Assembly: GCA_964358485.1 (NCBI GenBank)
Contig: CAYHPY010000001.1
Coordinates: 17,382-81,381, forward strand
Length of the DNA stretch: 64,000 nt
Source: an uncultured Elusimicrobia bacterium
GTDB lineage: Bacteria; Elusimicrobiota; Elusimicrobia; UBA1565; UBA9628
Reading direction: 5' to 3'
Positions 7,714 to 16,265 of the stretch are shown here, one piece after another. Each line of letters opens with the position of its first letter. The first letter of the stretch is position 1. The translations under genes were made by a program, and so were the position numbers. A model generated the notes under the pieces. That model was not told the DNA's origin, did not search any database, and was given only the letters and a program-made list of their open reading frames with translations.

Positions 7714-9843
7714 CTATGCCAGGTCGATCCAATTCCATTGTTTTTGGTAGAGCGTCAGAAGGCGCTCGCGGAGATTTAGGTGATCTGCGGCCAACAGGCG
7801 TTCGTCGGCCTTGAGCAGTTCCTCGGCGTCTTCCCGGGCTTGGGCCAACAACTGGGCATCGCGGGAGAGGTCGGCCACCTTGAGGGCCAGATCCCCGTGT
7901 TGGGCCGTGCCCAGAAACTCCCCGGGGCCGCGGAGCTTCAAGTCCTCCTCTCCGATCCGGAAGCCGTCGGAGGAGGCGACCAGGGTCTCCAAGCGGCGGC
8001 GGGCCTCCGGGGTCTGCGGCTGGGCCACCAGAAAGCATTTGGAGGCGGCGCTCCCCCGCCCGATCCGGCCCCGGAGTTGATGGAGGCTCGACATGCCGAA
8101 GCGGTCGGCGTTTTGGATGACCATGACCGTGGCGTTGGGCACGTCGATGCCGACCTCGATGACCGGTGTCGCCACCAGGACGTCCCATCGGCCCTCGGAA
8201 AATTCGCGCATCACCTGCGCCTTCTTCTTTCCGGGCATCGCCCCATGGATGAGCGCCACTCGCAATTGCGAGAGCGGGCCGGATTTGAGGCGTTCGTACT
8301 CGGCTTTGGCCGATTGCAGGTCAAGGCGGCTGGATTCCTCGATGATGGGGTAGACGACGAAGGCTTGCCGCCCCGCGGCCACCTCGGCTTTCATGTGCTC
8401 CAAGGCTTCCGATTCCGGGGCGTGGAAGGTTTCCGCCGTCGTTTTCCCGGGGGGCATTTCATCGAGGATGGATGAGTCGAGGTCTCCGTAAAGCACCAGG
8501 GCCAAGGTCCGGGGGATGGGGGTGGCGGTCATGATGAGCAGGTCCAGGATCGAGCCCTTTTGCCGGAGGGTGGTGCGCTGGCGGACGCCGAAGCGGTGCT
8601 GTTCGTCGATCACGGCCAGGCGCAGGCGGGGGAAATGAACATCCTCCTCCAAAAGGGCGTGGGTGCCGACGAGGATGTCCACCTCCCCCTTGCGCAGGCG
8701 GGCCAGGACGCCGTCGCGCTCTTTTTTCGAGAGCCGGGAGGTCAGCATCTCCACGCGGACCGGGAGGTCCTTGAGGAATTTTTTCATGGTCCCGAAATGC
8801 TGGTCGGCCAGGATTTCGGTGGGGGCCATATAGGCTCCCTGGAAGCCGTTTTCCACCGCCAAAAGCAGGGCCGCGATCGCGACCACCGTTTTTCCCGAGC
8901 CGACGTCCCCCTGGAGCAGGCGGGTCATGGGGTGGGGCCGTTTCATGTCCTCGAAAATTTCGTTGATGACGCGCTTTTGAGCCCCGGTCAATTCAAACCC
9001 CAGATGGGCTCGAAAGGGGGTGAGTAGGTGCCGGCGGATTTCGTAGGTGAAATTCTTCCCGGTTCCGGAGGCTTGGCGGCGTTTTAGAATCCAGGCCAGC
9101 TCCAAAAGCAGGAGTTCCTCGTAAGCCAGCCGGCTTCGGGAGGCGGCCAGCTCCGCCGCCGAGCCGGGGAAGTGCGTGCCCCGCAGGGCCTGGGACAAAG
9201 CCAGAAGGCCCCTTTTTTTGACCAAGGAAAAAGGAAGGATTTCCCGGACCTGATCGGCCCCGGTTTCCAGGGCTTGGAAGGCCAGCTCCCGGAGCAGGCG
9301 GGGGGTGATGCCTTCGGTCGCCGGATACACGGGGACCAGCCGGCCCACGTGGAGGACCGCGCGCGGATCGTCGATCCGGTACTGCTCCTCGGCCCGGATT
9401 TCGCGGATTCCGAGCAGGCTCGGCTCGGCGCGGCCCACCACCCAGAGGTCGGCCCCCATGACCACTTCGGTCTTCAGGGAGCCGAAGACGTCGTAGCGGA
9501 AGCTCAGGTGCTTGAACCAAATGGCCGTGACCTTGTCCCCGCCGAGGGTCAGGAGTTCGGCGCGGAGCATCGCCAGCCGCGGGCTGGCCCGGATGATCCG
9601 GGCCTTGAGCACCCGGGCGCGCAGGACCACCAGGCCTCCGGTCGGACGGTCCAGGGGGGTTTCTTTTCGATCCTGCCAGTCCCGGGGCAGGTAATAAAGG
9701 AGGTCCTCCAGGGTCTCCAGGCCCAGGCGGGCGAGCTGGACGGCCCGCTTGGGGCCCACGCCCTTGAGGCTTTCGATGGGGGCGCGCAAACCGGGTCCTG
9801 AAGCTCCCGCGTTGGAAACCTCGCCCGGTTTTGATATAATCAT
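7714..9843 (-). CDS. recG: ATP-dependent DNA helicase RecG.
   Basis: N-terminal wedge region LKGVGPKRAVQLARLGLETLEDLLYYLPRDWQDR. Helicase motifs are present: GDVGSGKT (Walker A), DEQHRFGV and QLRGRIGRG. The start was chosen at MIISKPGE; the ORF extends further upstream into rpmB. Confidence 0.9.
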   Translation of the reverse strand: MIISKPGEVSNAGASGPGLRAPIESLKGVGPKRAVQLARLGLETLEDLLYYLPRDWQDRKETPLDRPTGGLVVLRARVLKARIIRASPRLAMLRAELLTLGGDKVTAIWFKHLSFRYDVFGSLKTEVVMGADLWVVGRAEPSLLGIREIRAEEQYRIDDPRAVLHVGRLVPVYPATEGITPRLLRELAFQALETGADQVREILPFSLVKKRGLLALSQALRGTHFPGSAAELAASRSRLAYEELLLLELAWILKRRQASGTGKNFTYEIRRHLLTPFRAHLGFELTGAQKRVINEIFEDMKRPHPMTRLLQGDVGSGKTVVAIAALLLAVENGFQGAYMAPTEILADQHFGTMKKFLKDLPVRVEMLTSRLSKKERDGVLARLRKGEVDILVGTHALLEEDVHFPRLRLAVIDEQHRFGVRQRTTLRQKGSILDLLIMTATPIPRTLALVLYGDLDSSILDEMPPGKTTAETFHAPESEALEHMKAEVAAGRQAFVVYPIIEESSRLDLQSAKAEYERLKSGPLSQLRVALIHGAMPGKKKAQVMREFSEGRWDVLVATPVIEVGIDVPNATVMVIQNADRFGMSSLHQLRGRIGRGSAASKCFLVAQPQTPEARRRLETLVASSDGFRIGEEDLKLRGPGEFLGTAQHGDLALKVADLSRDAQLLAQAREDAEELLKADERLLAADHLNLRERLLTLYQKQWNWIDLA
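9812..9840 (+). promoter_or_regulatory. Near-consensus sigma70 promoter for rpmB.
   Basis: TTGGAA at 9812-9817, a 17-nt spacer, then TATAAT at 9835-9840. A GGGAG Shine-Dalgarno lies 8 nt before the rpmB ATG at 9865. Confidence 0.6.
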
Positions 9844-9864
9844 GCCGGATTTAGGGAGAATTTC

Positions 9865-10059
9865 ATGGCTTTTCGATGCTCTGTTTGCGCCAAAGGACCC
9901 GTTTCTGGCTTCAGCTACAGCCATTCCAACCGTGCCACGAAGCGGATTTTCCGGCCCAATCTCCAGAAGCAGAAGGTCGCTTCGGGAGGCCGGACCCGGA
10001 CGGCGTACGTCTGCACCGGCTGCATCCGCTCCGGTAAGGCCGTCCGTCCCGCTCGCTGA
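9865..10059 (+). CDS. rpmB: 50S ribosomal protein L28.
   Basis: 64 aa. MAFRCSVCAKGPVSGFSYSHSNRATKRIFRPNLQKQK matches the L28 signature (C.V.GK.P..G...SH.N..TKR.F.PNLQ). Confidence 0.9.
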   Translation: MAFRCSVCAKGPVSGFSYSHSNRATKRIFRPNLQKQKVASGGRTRTAYVCTGCIRSGKAVRPAR

Positions 10060-10079
10060 CCCGGTTCCTGCCGGGCTCG

Positions 10080-11717
10080 ATGGTATCAAATTACGGTCCC
10101 AAGGACCGGTGGCTCCTTTTCATCGCCGCCCTCCTCGTTCTTCCTCCTTTCGTCCTTCCTCTTTATAATCCGGACCTGTTCTGGCATCTGTCCTGCGCCC
10201 GCTGGATTCTGGAACACGCGGCCTTTCCCCGGGAGGACTTTTTGTCCTTCACCAAAAGCGGCCATCCCTGGGCGGATTTCGAGTGGCTGTCTCAGTTGGT
10301 TTTCTACGGCGCGCATCGGGCCGGCGGCTTGGGCGCGTTGTGGGCGCTCAAAAATCTCCTTCTTGGATTAAGCCTTTTTTTAACCGTTAAAACCCTGGAC
10401 CTTCACGGAATCCGGGGCCCGCTCAAAGCGGCGGCCATCGCGGCCTGGGGCGCCGTAAACATGGCCCACGCCGACATCCGGCCTGACCTGATTTCCAAGG
10501 CGATTTTTTCCGGCCTATTCTATTTCCTGGAGCGGGAGCGCCTGGGGCGGGGCCGCTTTCCCGGCGGTTGGTTCGGCCTGCCGGCGGTTTTCGCCCTTTG
10601 GGCCAATTTCCACGCCGCCTATCCCATGGGCCTGGCCCTGCTTTTTTTCTACGCCCTGGGAGACGTCGCGGAGGGCCGGCGCAAGGCGGCTCTGGGGCGC
10701 GCCGGCCTGACGGCGCTTTGCGCTTTGGCCACGGCCGCCAATCCCTACGGCTTGGGCGCCCACGAGGTTCTGCGCCGGCATTGGGCCGAACGGGAATTGG
10801 TCGCCCGCTTCATCCAAGAATGGGGACCGACGACTTTCACCAAGGCCGGGCACATCCCCTTCTGGCCGATGCTCGCCGTGGTTCTGGCGTTGCTGGCTTG
10901 CGGAGGAGCCCCGACCGGGGCGGCGTTGGGCGTTCTTTATTTCGGCTATTCGGCCGTCCAGCATACCCGGCTCGGCTCCTACTTCACGGTTCTGGCCGTT
11001 CCCGTGGCCGCGGCGCAGGCGGTCCGGCTCTGCTCCCCGGAGAAGGCGCGGCTCGCCTTTTTGGGCGTGGTCCTGCTTCTGGGCGTGTATTACCCCTGGG
11101 CCTTGGGCCGCCTTTCCCTGGGAAAAATTTTCGACGGGGTCTTCGTCCCCATGGGGGCGGCGGAGTTCATGGACCGCGAGCGGGAAACGGTGTCCCGCCT
11201 GCGGGTCTATAATTCCTGGGAGTGGGGCGGGTATCTGGGTTGGAGGCTGTCCCCCTGGCACAAGGTTTTCGGCGACGGGCGCTACATCTTCCATCAACAG
11301 CTCCCCGAGGTCCAGGAGTCGGTCTCCTCTCCCGAGAACGGCCGCCGGTTTCTGGAGCGCTACGACCTCGGCGCCGCCGTGGTCCGCAACATTGGCTCGG
11401 CGGTCCGGACGGTCAAGGGCTACCCGGACGGCTCGGAAAAGGTTTTCTGGCGTCCTTGGTACCTGTCCTATTTTCCCAAGGAAAAATGGGCTCTGGCCTA
11501 TTGGGACCGGCAGGCCCTGTTCTTCGTCCGCCGGGACCGCGTCCCCGCCGGCTGGCTGTCGGCCCGGGAGTACCGCTATGTCCGCCCCGGCGACGACGCC
11601 GCCTTCGAGGAAGCCCTGCGCCTCAAGGAAATCCCGCTCGACGCCGTCGACCGCGAACGCGCCCGCCACGACCGCGATCTCCAAGATTACGCCTGGATGG
11701 ATTCTAGATTAAAATAG
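10080..11717 (+). CDS. Polytopic membrane protein, YfhO-like GT-C-fold glycosyltransferase candidate. It is a paralog of the genes at 43768 and 45746.
   Basis: Many transmembrane helices. The N-terminal motif NPDLFWHLSCARWILEHAAFP...WLSQLVFY parallels the motifs in the two tandem paralogs downstream of pilQ. Confidence 0.4.
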   Translation: MVSNYGPKDRWLLFIAALLVLPPFVLPLYNPDLFWHLSCARWILEHAAFPREDFLSFTKSGHPWADFEWLSQLVFYGAHRAGGLGALWALKNLLLGLSLFLTVKTLDLHGIRGPLKAAAIAAWGAVNMAHADIRPDLISKAIFSGLFYFLERERLGRGRFPGGWFGLPAVFALWANFHAAYPMGLALLFFYALGDVAEGRRKAALGRAGLTALCALATAANPYGLGAHEVLRRHWAERELVARFIQEWGPTTFTKAGHIPFWPMLAVVLALLACGGAPTGAALGVLYFGYSAVQHTRLGSYFTVLAVPVAAAQAVRLCSPEKARLAFLGVVLLLGVYYPWALGRLSLGKIFDGVFVPMGAAEFMDRERETVSRLRVYNSWEWGGYLGWRLSPWHKVFGDGRYIFHQQLPEVQESVSSPENGRRFLERYDLGAAVVRNIGSAVRTVKGYPDGSEKVFWRPWYLSYFPKEKWALAYWDRQALFFVRRDRVPAGWLSAREYRYVRPGDDAAFEEALRLKEIPLDAVDRERARHDRDLQDYAWMDSRLK

Positions 11718-11775
11718 GGACAGCCACCATTTTTACTTGGTAAAAATGGTCGCTGTCCCTATTTTGGTTCTGTAG
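11717..11775. terminator. Bidirectional rho-independent terminator between convergent genes.
   Basis: AAAATAGGGACAGCCACCATTTTTAC-TTG-GTAAAAATGGTCGCTGTCCCTATTTT. This is a 22-bp inverted repeat with one mismatch, AT-rich against a ~70% GC background, with A/T runs on both sides. Confidence 0.65.
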
Positions 11776-12264
11776 TTACTCCCCTTTCCCGCTCTCGGCG
11801 TCGAGCAGTTCCAGCCGTAGTTTCACCAGCTTGTCCCGGTTTTTCTTGCCCGAGGCCAGTTTTTTCTCCAGGACCGGCAGGCGTTCGCGGAGCTTCTGAA
11901 GGCGGGTTTCCATATGCTTGAGGCGCATATCCATTTCGGCGCCGATGGCTTTTTCAAGCTCGGTCCGCAGGGACTTGCGCTCATCTGAAGTCTTGGCCTC
12001 CAGGTAGCGGCGCCGAACCTCCCGGGTCTTGGTCCGAAGCTCCCGGCGCTCCTTCATGGCCTTTCGGACCTCGCCGCCGCCTTTTCCCCCGCCCAGAAAT
12101 TCCCGGAATTTCCCGCGACGGCCCCCCCTGGCCCAGCCCCGGGCTCCTTCCCCGCCGCCCCGCTCCTCGATGGCGGACTCGTCGGAGTCCACCGGCTCTG
12201 CCAGAACCGGCCGTGCCGCCGCCGCCGAGAACGCCCACACCGCCGCCAGAATCCATGGTTTCAT
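11776..12264 (-). CDS. Periplasmic coiled-coil protein, possibly a CpxP/Spy/ZraP-like stress protein.
   Basis: Signal peptide MKPWILAAVWAFSAAAARPVLA, followed by a highly charged, helical, Arg/Lys/Glu-rich sequence. It overlaps the anti-sigma gene by 4 bp. Confidence 0.45.
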   Translation of the reverse strand: MKPWILAAVWAFSAAAARPVLAEPVDSDESAIEERGGGEGARGWARGGRRGKFREFLGGGKGGGEVRKAMKERRELRTKTREVRRRYLEAKTSDERKSLRTELEKAIGAEMDMRLKHMETRLQKLRERLPVLEKKLASGKKNRDKLVKLRLELLDAESGKGE

Positions 12265-12725
12265 AGGTCACCCCCCGTGACAGTTTCCGACAAATCGAGT
12301 TCAACATCCGAAATCAGTTCCTCGAGTTCCTCCAGATCCGTTTCAATCCGGGACAACTCATCGCGGTCCTCGGAGGCCGACGCCGAAGGCGCGGGGCCCG
12401 CCGTCGGCCCGGGGCGCTGGCGCCCCACCATGAGAAGCAAGGTCGCCAAAGCCAGCCCTAGCCCCGCGGGAATCCAGTTCCAGGGCAGAAAGGGTTGCGG
12501 GCGGGTCTCCGGGGCCAAAATGTGAGAGCGCGTTTTTCGGACCAAGTCCGGGTTCGGGTCCTCCATGACCGACTTGGCCGCCGCGGACGACGCTTCAAGC
12601 GCCCCGGCGAAGGACCGGCAGGCGGCGCACCCGGCCAAGTGTCCGGCCAGTTCCGTGCTTTCGCGGTCCGCCAATTCCCCGGCCGCGCGCAGGAGCAGGG
12701 CGTTCTCGAAATTTTCGTGGTTCAT
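12261..12725 (-). CDS. Anti-sigma factor, zf-HC2/ChrR-like, with a single transmembrane helix.
   Basis: HLAGCAACR zinc-finger motif near the N-terminus and one TM helix (GLGLALATLLLMVG). It is translationally coupled to the upstream ECF sigma gene. Confidence 0.7.
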   Translation of the reverse strand: MNHENFENALLLRAAGELADRESTELAGHLAGCAACRSFAGALEASSAAAKSVMEDPNPDLVRKTRSHILAPETRPQPFLPWNWIPAGLGLALATLLLMVGRQRPGPTAGPAPSASASEDRDELSRIETDLEELEELISDVELDLSETVTGGDL

Positions 12726-13243
12726 GGTTTTTCCAGGATCCGGCGGAGCTTGGCAACCGCGTAGTGCATCCGTCCCAGGGCGGTGTTGAGGGGAATGCCG
12801 AGCGCGCCGGAAATCTCCTTAAAGGAAAGGCCCCCGTGTTCCCGCAGCAGGAACACCTCGCGCTGGTCCAAGGGCAGGGAATCGATGGCGGCCATGATCC
12901 TGGCGTTGGTCTCGCCGGATTCCAATTCGGCTTCGGGCCGGGGGTCTTTGCCCGGGAGGGTTTCGGCCCAAGAGGCGCCCTCCTCCGCGCTTTGGTCCAA
13001 GGAGACCTCGGGGCGCGCGCGGCGCAGGTGGTCGAGGGCCAGGCGGCGGGCGATGGTGAACAGCCAGGCCGCCGGGCGCTGCCGGTCCTCGTAGGTTTTC
13101 GCGGCTCCCAGGGCTTTCACGAACACCTCCTGAAACAGGTCGTCGGCGGCCGAGTCCCCGGCCATGCGGCGCAGAAAGCTGTGGAGGGGCCCTTTAAACT
13201 CTTCCAGCCAGCGGGCAAGCTCATCGGGTTTGACCCCCAACAT
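12722..13243 (-). CDS. ECF-family RNA polymerase sigma factor (sigma-24).
   Basis: Sigma-70 region 2 (DDLFQEVFVKALGAAKTYEDRQRPAAWLFTIARRLALDHLRR) and region 4 helix-turn-helix (LPLDQREVFLLREHGGLSFKEISGALGIPLNTALGRMHYAVAKLR). Confidence 0.85.
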   Translation of the reverse strand: MLGVKPDELARWLEEFKGPLHSFLRRMAGDSAADDLFQEVFVKALGAAKTYEDRQRPAAWLFTIARRLALDHLRRARPEVSLDQSAEEGASWAETLPGKDPRPEAELESGETNARIMAAIDSLPLDQREVFLLREHGGLSFKEISGALGIPLNTALGRMHYAVAKLRRILEKP

Positions 13244-13370
13244 GTTCTCCTTACCAGGTATAACGGATTGGCGCCCCTTTTATTGTGTCCGGGCGGGCGT
13301 CTAAATTCTATGAATTCGATCTTCCCTTTCGTGGAATGAATCCGTGAGGCAATTCCTCGTTTTCCCGCAA

Positions 13371-13379
13371 GGGGGGGGG
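13371..13379. repeat. G9 homopolymer tract in the divergent promoter region.
   Basis: A GGGGGGGGG run lies about 115 bp upstream of the 13494 ATG and about 130 bp upstream of the ECF sigma start on the other strand. Confidence 0.8.
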
Positions 13380-13493
13380 AATTTTCACCGGAAAAGCTGC
13401 CCGGCGGGATATTTTTGATTTACGCGACGATCGCCGGTTTTCGCCGCCGTTGCCGAAACTGGCTTTCGGCGGATATTGTATGATGGCCCCAAT

Positions 13494-14201
13494 ATGAAAC
13501 TTTCCTTGATCGCCGCCTTATTGTCGGCCGCGGCTCCGGTTTTCGCGGCGGCTCCGGCCGTTCCCGTTACCTCCGCCCCGGCGGGGACCTATTCCACGGT
13601 GTTCGCCAATGTCTACGTGAAGGTTTACGGCTTCAAGGGAAGCCTGCTCCTCAACGGGGTGGAAAACTGCCCTTTCGCCGACCAAGGGGGGCTCCCCGCC
13701 AAGACCGCCACCAGCGTAGTCTGCAATTCGATGAAACACAAGCTCCTCAAGGGGGAGAATGTTTTAAAGGCGAGCTTCGAGAAGGTGCCCCTCGGTTCCC
13801 TCAAAACCAACCCCGGCACCGGGCAGCCCCCGCAGGAAACGCCCTTGCTCAAGATCGAACTGGCCGATGAAGGGGATCGGGCCTTTCGGGAGTGGAATTT
13901 TTCGGCGGACGCTTCCCCCAAGGAAATCCGTTTTCAATTCCCGATCGCCGAACCCGGGGCCCGGGCCTCCAGGGATGCGCCTTTTCCCAAGGGGACCAAG
14001 CCCGTCAAGGTCAAGCCCAAGGCGGGAACGCCTCCCGAGCCCGACTACAAGTTGGAGCGGCTGGAGAATTTCTGCGGAAACGAAATCGGTTTGCTCTGTA
14101 AATCTAAAAAGAGCAAGGTCAAGGCGTTGGCGGCGTGCCTGAAAGACCACTGGGACAGCCTTCTGCCCGCCTGCCGGAACGCCCTGCGCGCCGCGGATTA
14201 A
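13494..14201 (+). CDS. Secreted Cys-containing hypothetical protein.
   Basis: Signal peptide MKLSLIAALLSAAAPVFAAAP. The mature part contains 6 Cys and a Lys-rich C-terminal half. Confidence 0.5.
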   Translation: MKLSLIAALLSAAAPVFAAAPAVPVTSAPAGTYSTVFANVYVKVYGFKGSLLLNGVENCPFADQGGLPAKTATSVVCNSMKHKLLKGENVLKASFEKVPLGSLKTNPGTGQPPQETPLLKIELADEGDRAFREWNFSADASPKEIRFQFPIAEPGARASRDAPFPKGTKPVKVKPKAGTPPEPDYKLERLENFCGNEIGLLCKSKKSKVKALAACLKDHWDSLLPACRNALRAAD

Positions 14202-14833
14202 AGGGAAGAGCGGACCCAGGCCTCGACCGAGGCCGACTCGGCCGGGGTGGGCAAAGCGCCGGCGGGCAGTTTCCCGAGAGTCAGGGGCGGGAGGGTCTCC
14301 AGGCTCCGAGCCCCGTCCGCCCAGGGGGCCGGAAATCCCGCCGGATCGGCCAAGGCCCGTTCCGCCCAATGCGCGCCGAAATAGGTGACGGCCAAATCCC
14401 CCAGGTCAAAGGCGTTTCCCGCGGACGCCGAGTCCCGCCGTTCCTTCTCGTAGCCGGTCGAAAGCGCCTCCTCCAGCCCGAAGAAAGCCGAGATCCAGCC
14501 GCCGTAGATGAAGTGCAGGCCCCAATCCTCGCGGCCCAGGAGCTTGGGGCGCCCGCCGCGCTCGGTCCAAAGCATGAGGCCGCCGAACTGGGCCTTGAAG
14601 GCGAGGGCGGGACCTGGAGCGCCCGCGGAGCGGGCGCAGATAGCCTGGAAAATTTCAGAAAATTCCTTCCCTTGAGATGAGAGCTCGCCGGCCAGCGCCG
14701 CGACCGCCTCGGCCTCCCGCTCGATCTCCCCCGGTTCCTCGGCCGTTCTTACGGCGGCGGCCGTAAACGGCGGGGGCGCCTTGGGAGGGGTTCCCCCGAG
14801 GAGCAGGGCCAGGGCCAGCAGGCTAGGCGACAA
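14198..14833 (-). CDS. Secreted hypothetical protein.
   Basis: Signal peptide MSPSLLALALLLGG. It converges on the previous gene with a 4-bp overlap. Confidence 0.4.
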   Translation of the reverse strand: MSPSLLALALLLGGTPPKAPPPFTAAAVRTAEEPGEIEREAEAVAALAGELSSQGKEFSEIFQAICARSAGAPGPALAFKAQFGGLMLWTERGGRPKLLGREDWGLHFIYGGWISAFFGLEEALSTGYEKERRDSASAGNAFDLGDLAVTYFGAHWAERALADPAGFPAPWADGARSLETLPPLTLGKLPAGALPTPAESASVEAWVRSSL

Positions 14834-16265
14834 TGCCTTTCTCCCGAAGGTAGTTGCGGATCTTGGAGCGCGCGCGGGCGGTCTTGACCACCAGGAGCCA
14901 GTCCTTTTTCGGAACCGAGCCCTTCTTGGTCAGAATCACGCAGATGTCGCCCGATTTGAGCTGGTAGTCGAGCTTGACCATCTTATTATTGACCTTGGCG
15001 CCCACGCAGGTCATGCCGATCTCGGTGTGCACGGCGAAGGCGAAATCCAGGGGCGTGGCGCCGGCGGCGAAGGCCTTGACCTCTCCCGCCGGGGTGAAGA
15101 CGAAGACCTGGTTGAGCTCCAGATCCGTCTTGAGGCTGTCCAAAAACTCCCGCGGGCTTTTGAGGTCCTGGAGCCACTCGATCCATTGCCTCAGCCAGTT
15201 GAGCTTCTCCTCCATGTGCGCGTCCCGGGCGTGCTCGCCGGTCTTGTAGCGCCAATGGGCCGCGATGCCGTACTCCGCGGTGCGGTGCATCTCCTCGGTG
15301 CGGATTTGGATCTCGACGAGCTCTCCCCCGGGGCCCATGACGGTCGTGTGCAGGCTGCGGTAGAGGTTCATCTTGGGGATGGCGATGTAGTCGGTGAAGG
15401 ACCCGGCCACCGGCTTGAAATAGGTATGGACGATGCCCAGGAGGGCGTAGCAGTCGGCCACCGTGTCGGTGATGATGCGCACGCCCAGGGCGTCCTGGAT
15501 TTCCTCGAAGGGTTTGTCCTGCCGCTGCATCTTCTGGTAGATGGAATTGAGGCTCTTGGAGCGCGAGAGGATGCGGTGGGAGATTTTCGAAGTGCCCAGG
15601 GCCTTCTCGACTCCTTCCTTGAATTTCGCCAGCGTGATCTCCCTCGCGGAAAGCATGGCGGTGACCTTGGAGTTGAGGGTCTCGTATTCCTCCGGGTGCA
15701 GGTACATGAAGGCCAGGTCTTCCAGCTCCCCCTTGAGGCGGAACATGCCCAGGCGATGGGCCAGGGGGGCGTACAGGGAAATGGTCTCGTGGGCGATGCG
15801 CAGCTGCTTGTCCCGGTTGAGGTAGTTGAGGGTCTTCATGTTGTGCAGGCGGTCGGCCAGCTTGATGATGATGACCCGGATGTCCTGGGCGGTGGCCAGG
15901 AGCATGTTGCGCCAGTTCTCGGCCTGGGCGTCGTCGTGGGAGGAGAATTGGAGGCTGTCGAGCTTGGTCATGCCGACCACCAACTTGGAAATTTCGTCGC
16001 CGAATTCGCTGCGCAGAAGCTCGGCGGTGGTGGGGGTATCCTCGATGACGTCGTGCAGGAGCCCGGCGCAGACCGTGGGAAGATCCATCTTCCAGTCTAT
16101 CAAAGAGGAAGCGACCGCGTCGCAGTGGACGAAGTAGTGCTCCCCGGAGGCTCGCTCCTGATCGGCGTGGGCCTTCAGGGAATAGTCGTAGGCTTTCTCC
16201 AGGATCGCCGTGTCCACGTGCGGGGCGTAGGCCTCGAACCGTTTGATGAGCTCTTCTTTTTCCAT
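14823..16265 (-). CDS. Bifunctional (p)ppGpp synthetase/hydrolase Rel/SpoT homolog. Short form: HD, synthetase and TGS domains only, with no C-terminal regulatory domains.
   Basis: HD domain (HYFVHCDAVASSLIDWKMDLPTVCAGLLHDVIEDT). Synthetase domain (RSKSLNSIYQKMQR...GVRIITDT...YRSLHTTVMGPGGELVEIQIRT). TGS domain (VFVFTPAGEVKAFAAGATPLDFAFAVHTEIG). The ORF ends at KTARARSKIRNYLREKGIVA, immediately after TGS. Confidence 0.85.
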   Translation of the reverse strand: MEKEELIKRFEAYAPHVDTAILEKAYDYSLKAHADQERASGEHYFVHCDAVASSLIDWKMDLPTVCAGLLHDVIEDTPTTAELLRSEFGDEISKLVVGMTKLDSLQFSSHDDAQAENWRNMLLATAQDIRVIIIKLADRLHNMKTLNYLNRDKQLRIAHETISLYAPLAHRLGMFRLKGELEDLAFMYLHPEEYETLNSKVTAMLSAREITLAKFKEGVEKALGTSKISHRILSRSKSLNSIYQKMQRQDKPFEEIQDALGVRIITDTVADCYALLGIVHTYFKPVAGSFTDYIAIPKMNLYRSLHTTVMGPGGELVEIQIRTEEMHRTAEYGIAAHWRYKTGEHARDAHMEEKLNWLRQWIEWLQDLKSPREFLDSLKTDLELNQVFVFTPAGEVKAFAAGATPLDFAFAVHTEIGMTCVGAKVNNKMVKLDYQLKSGDICVILTKKGSVPKKDWLLVVKTARARSKIRNYLREKGIVA

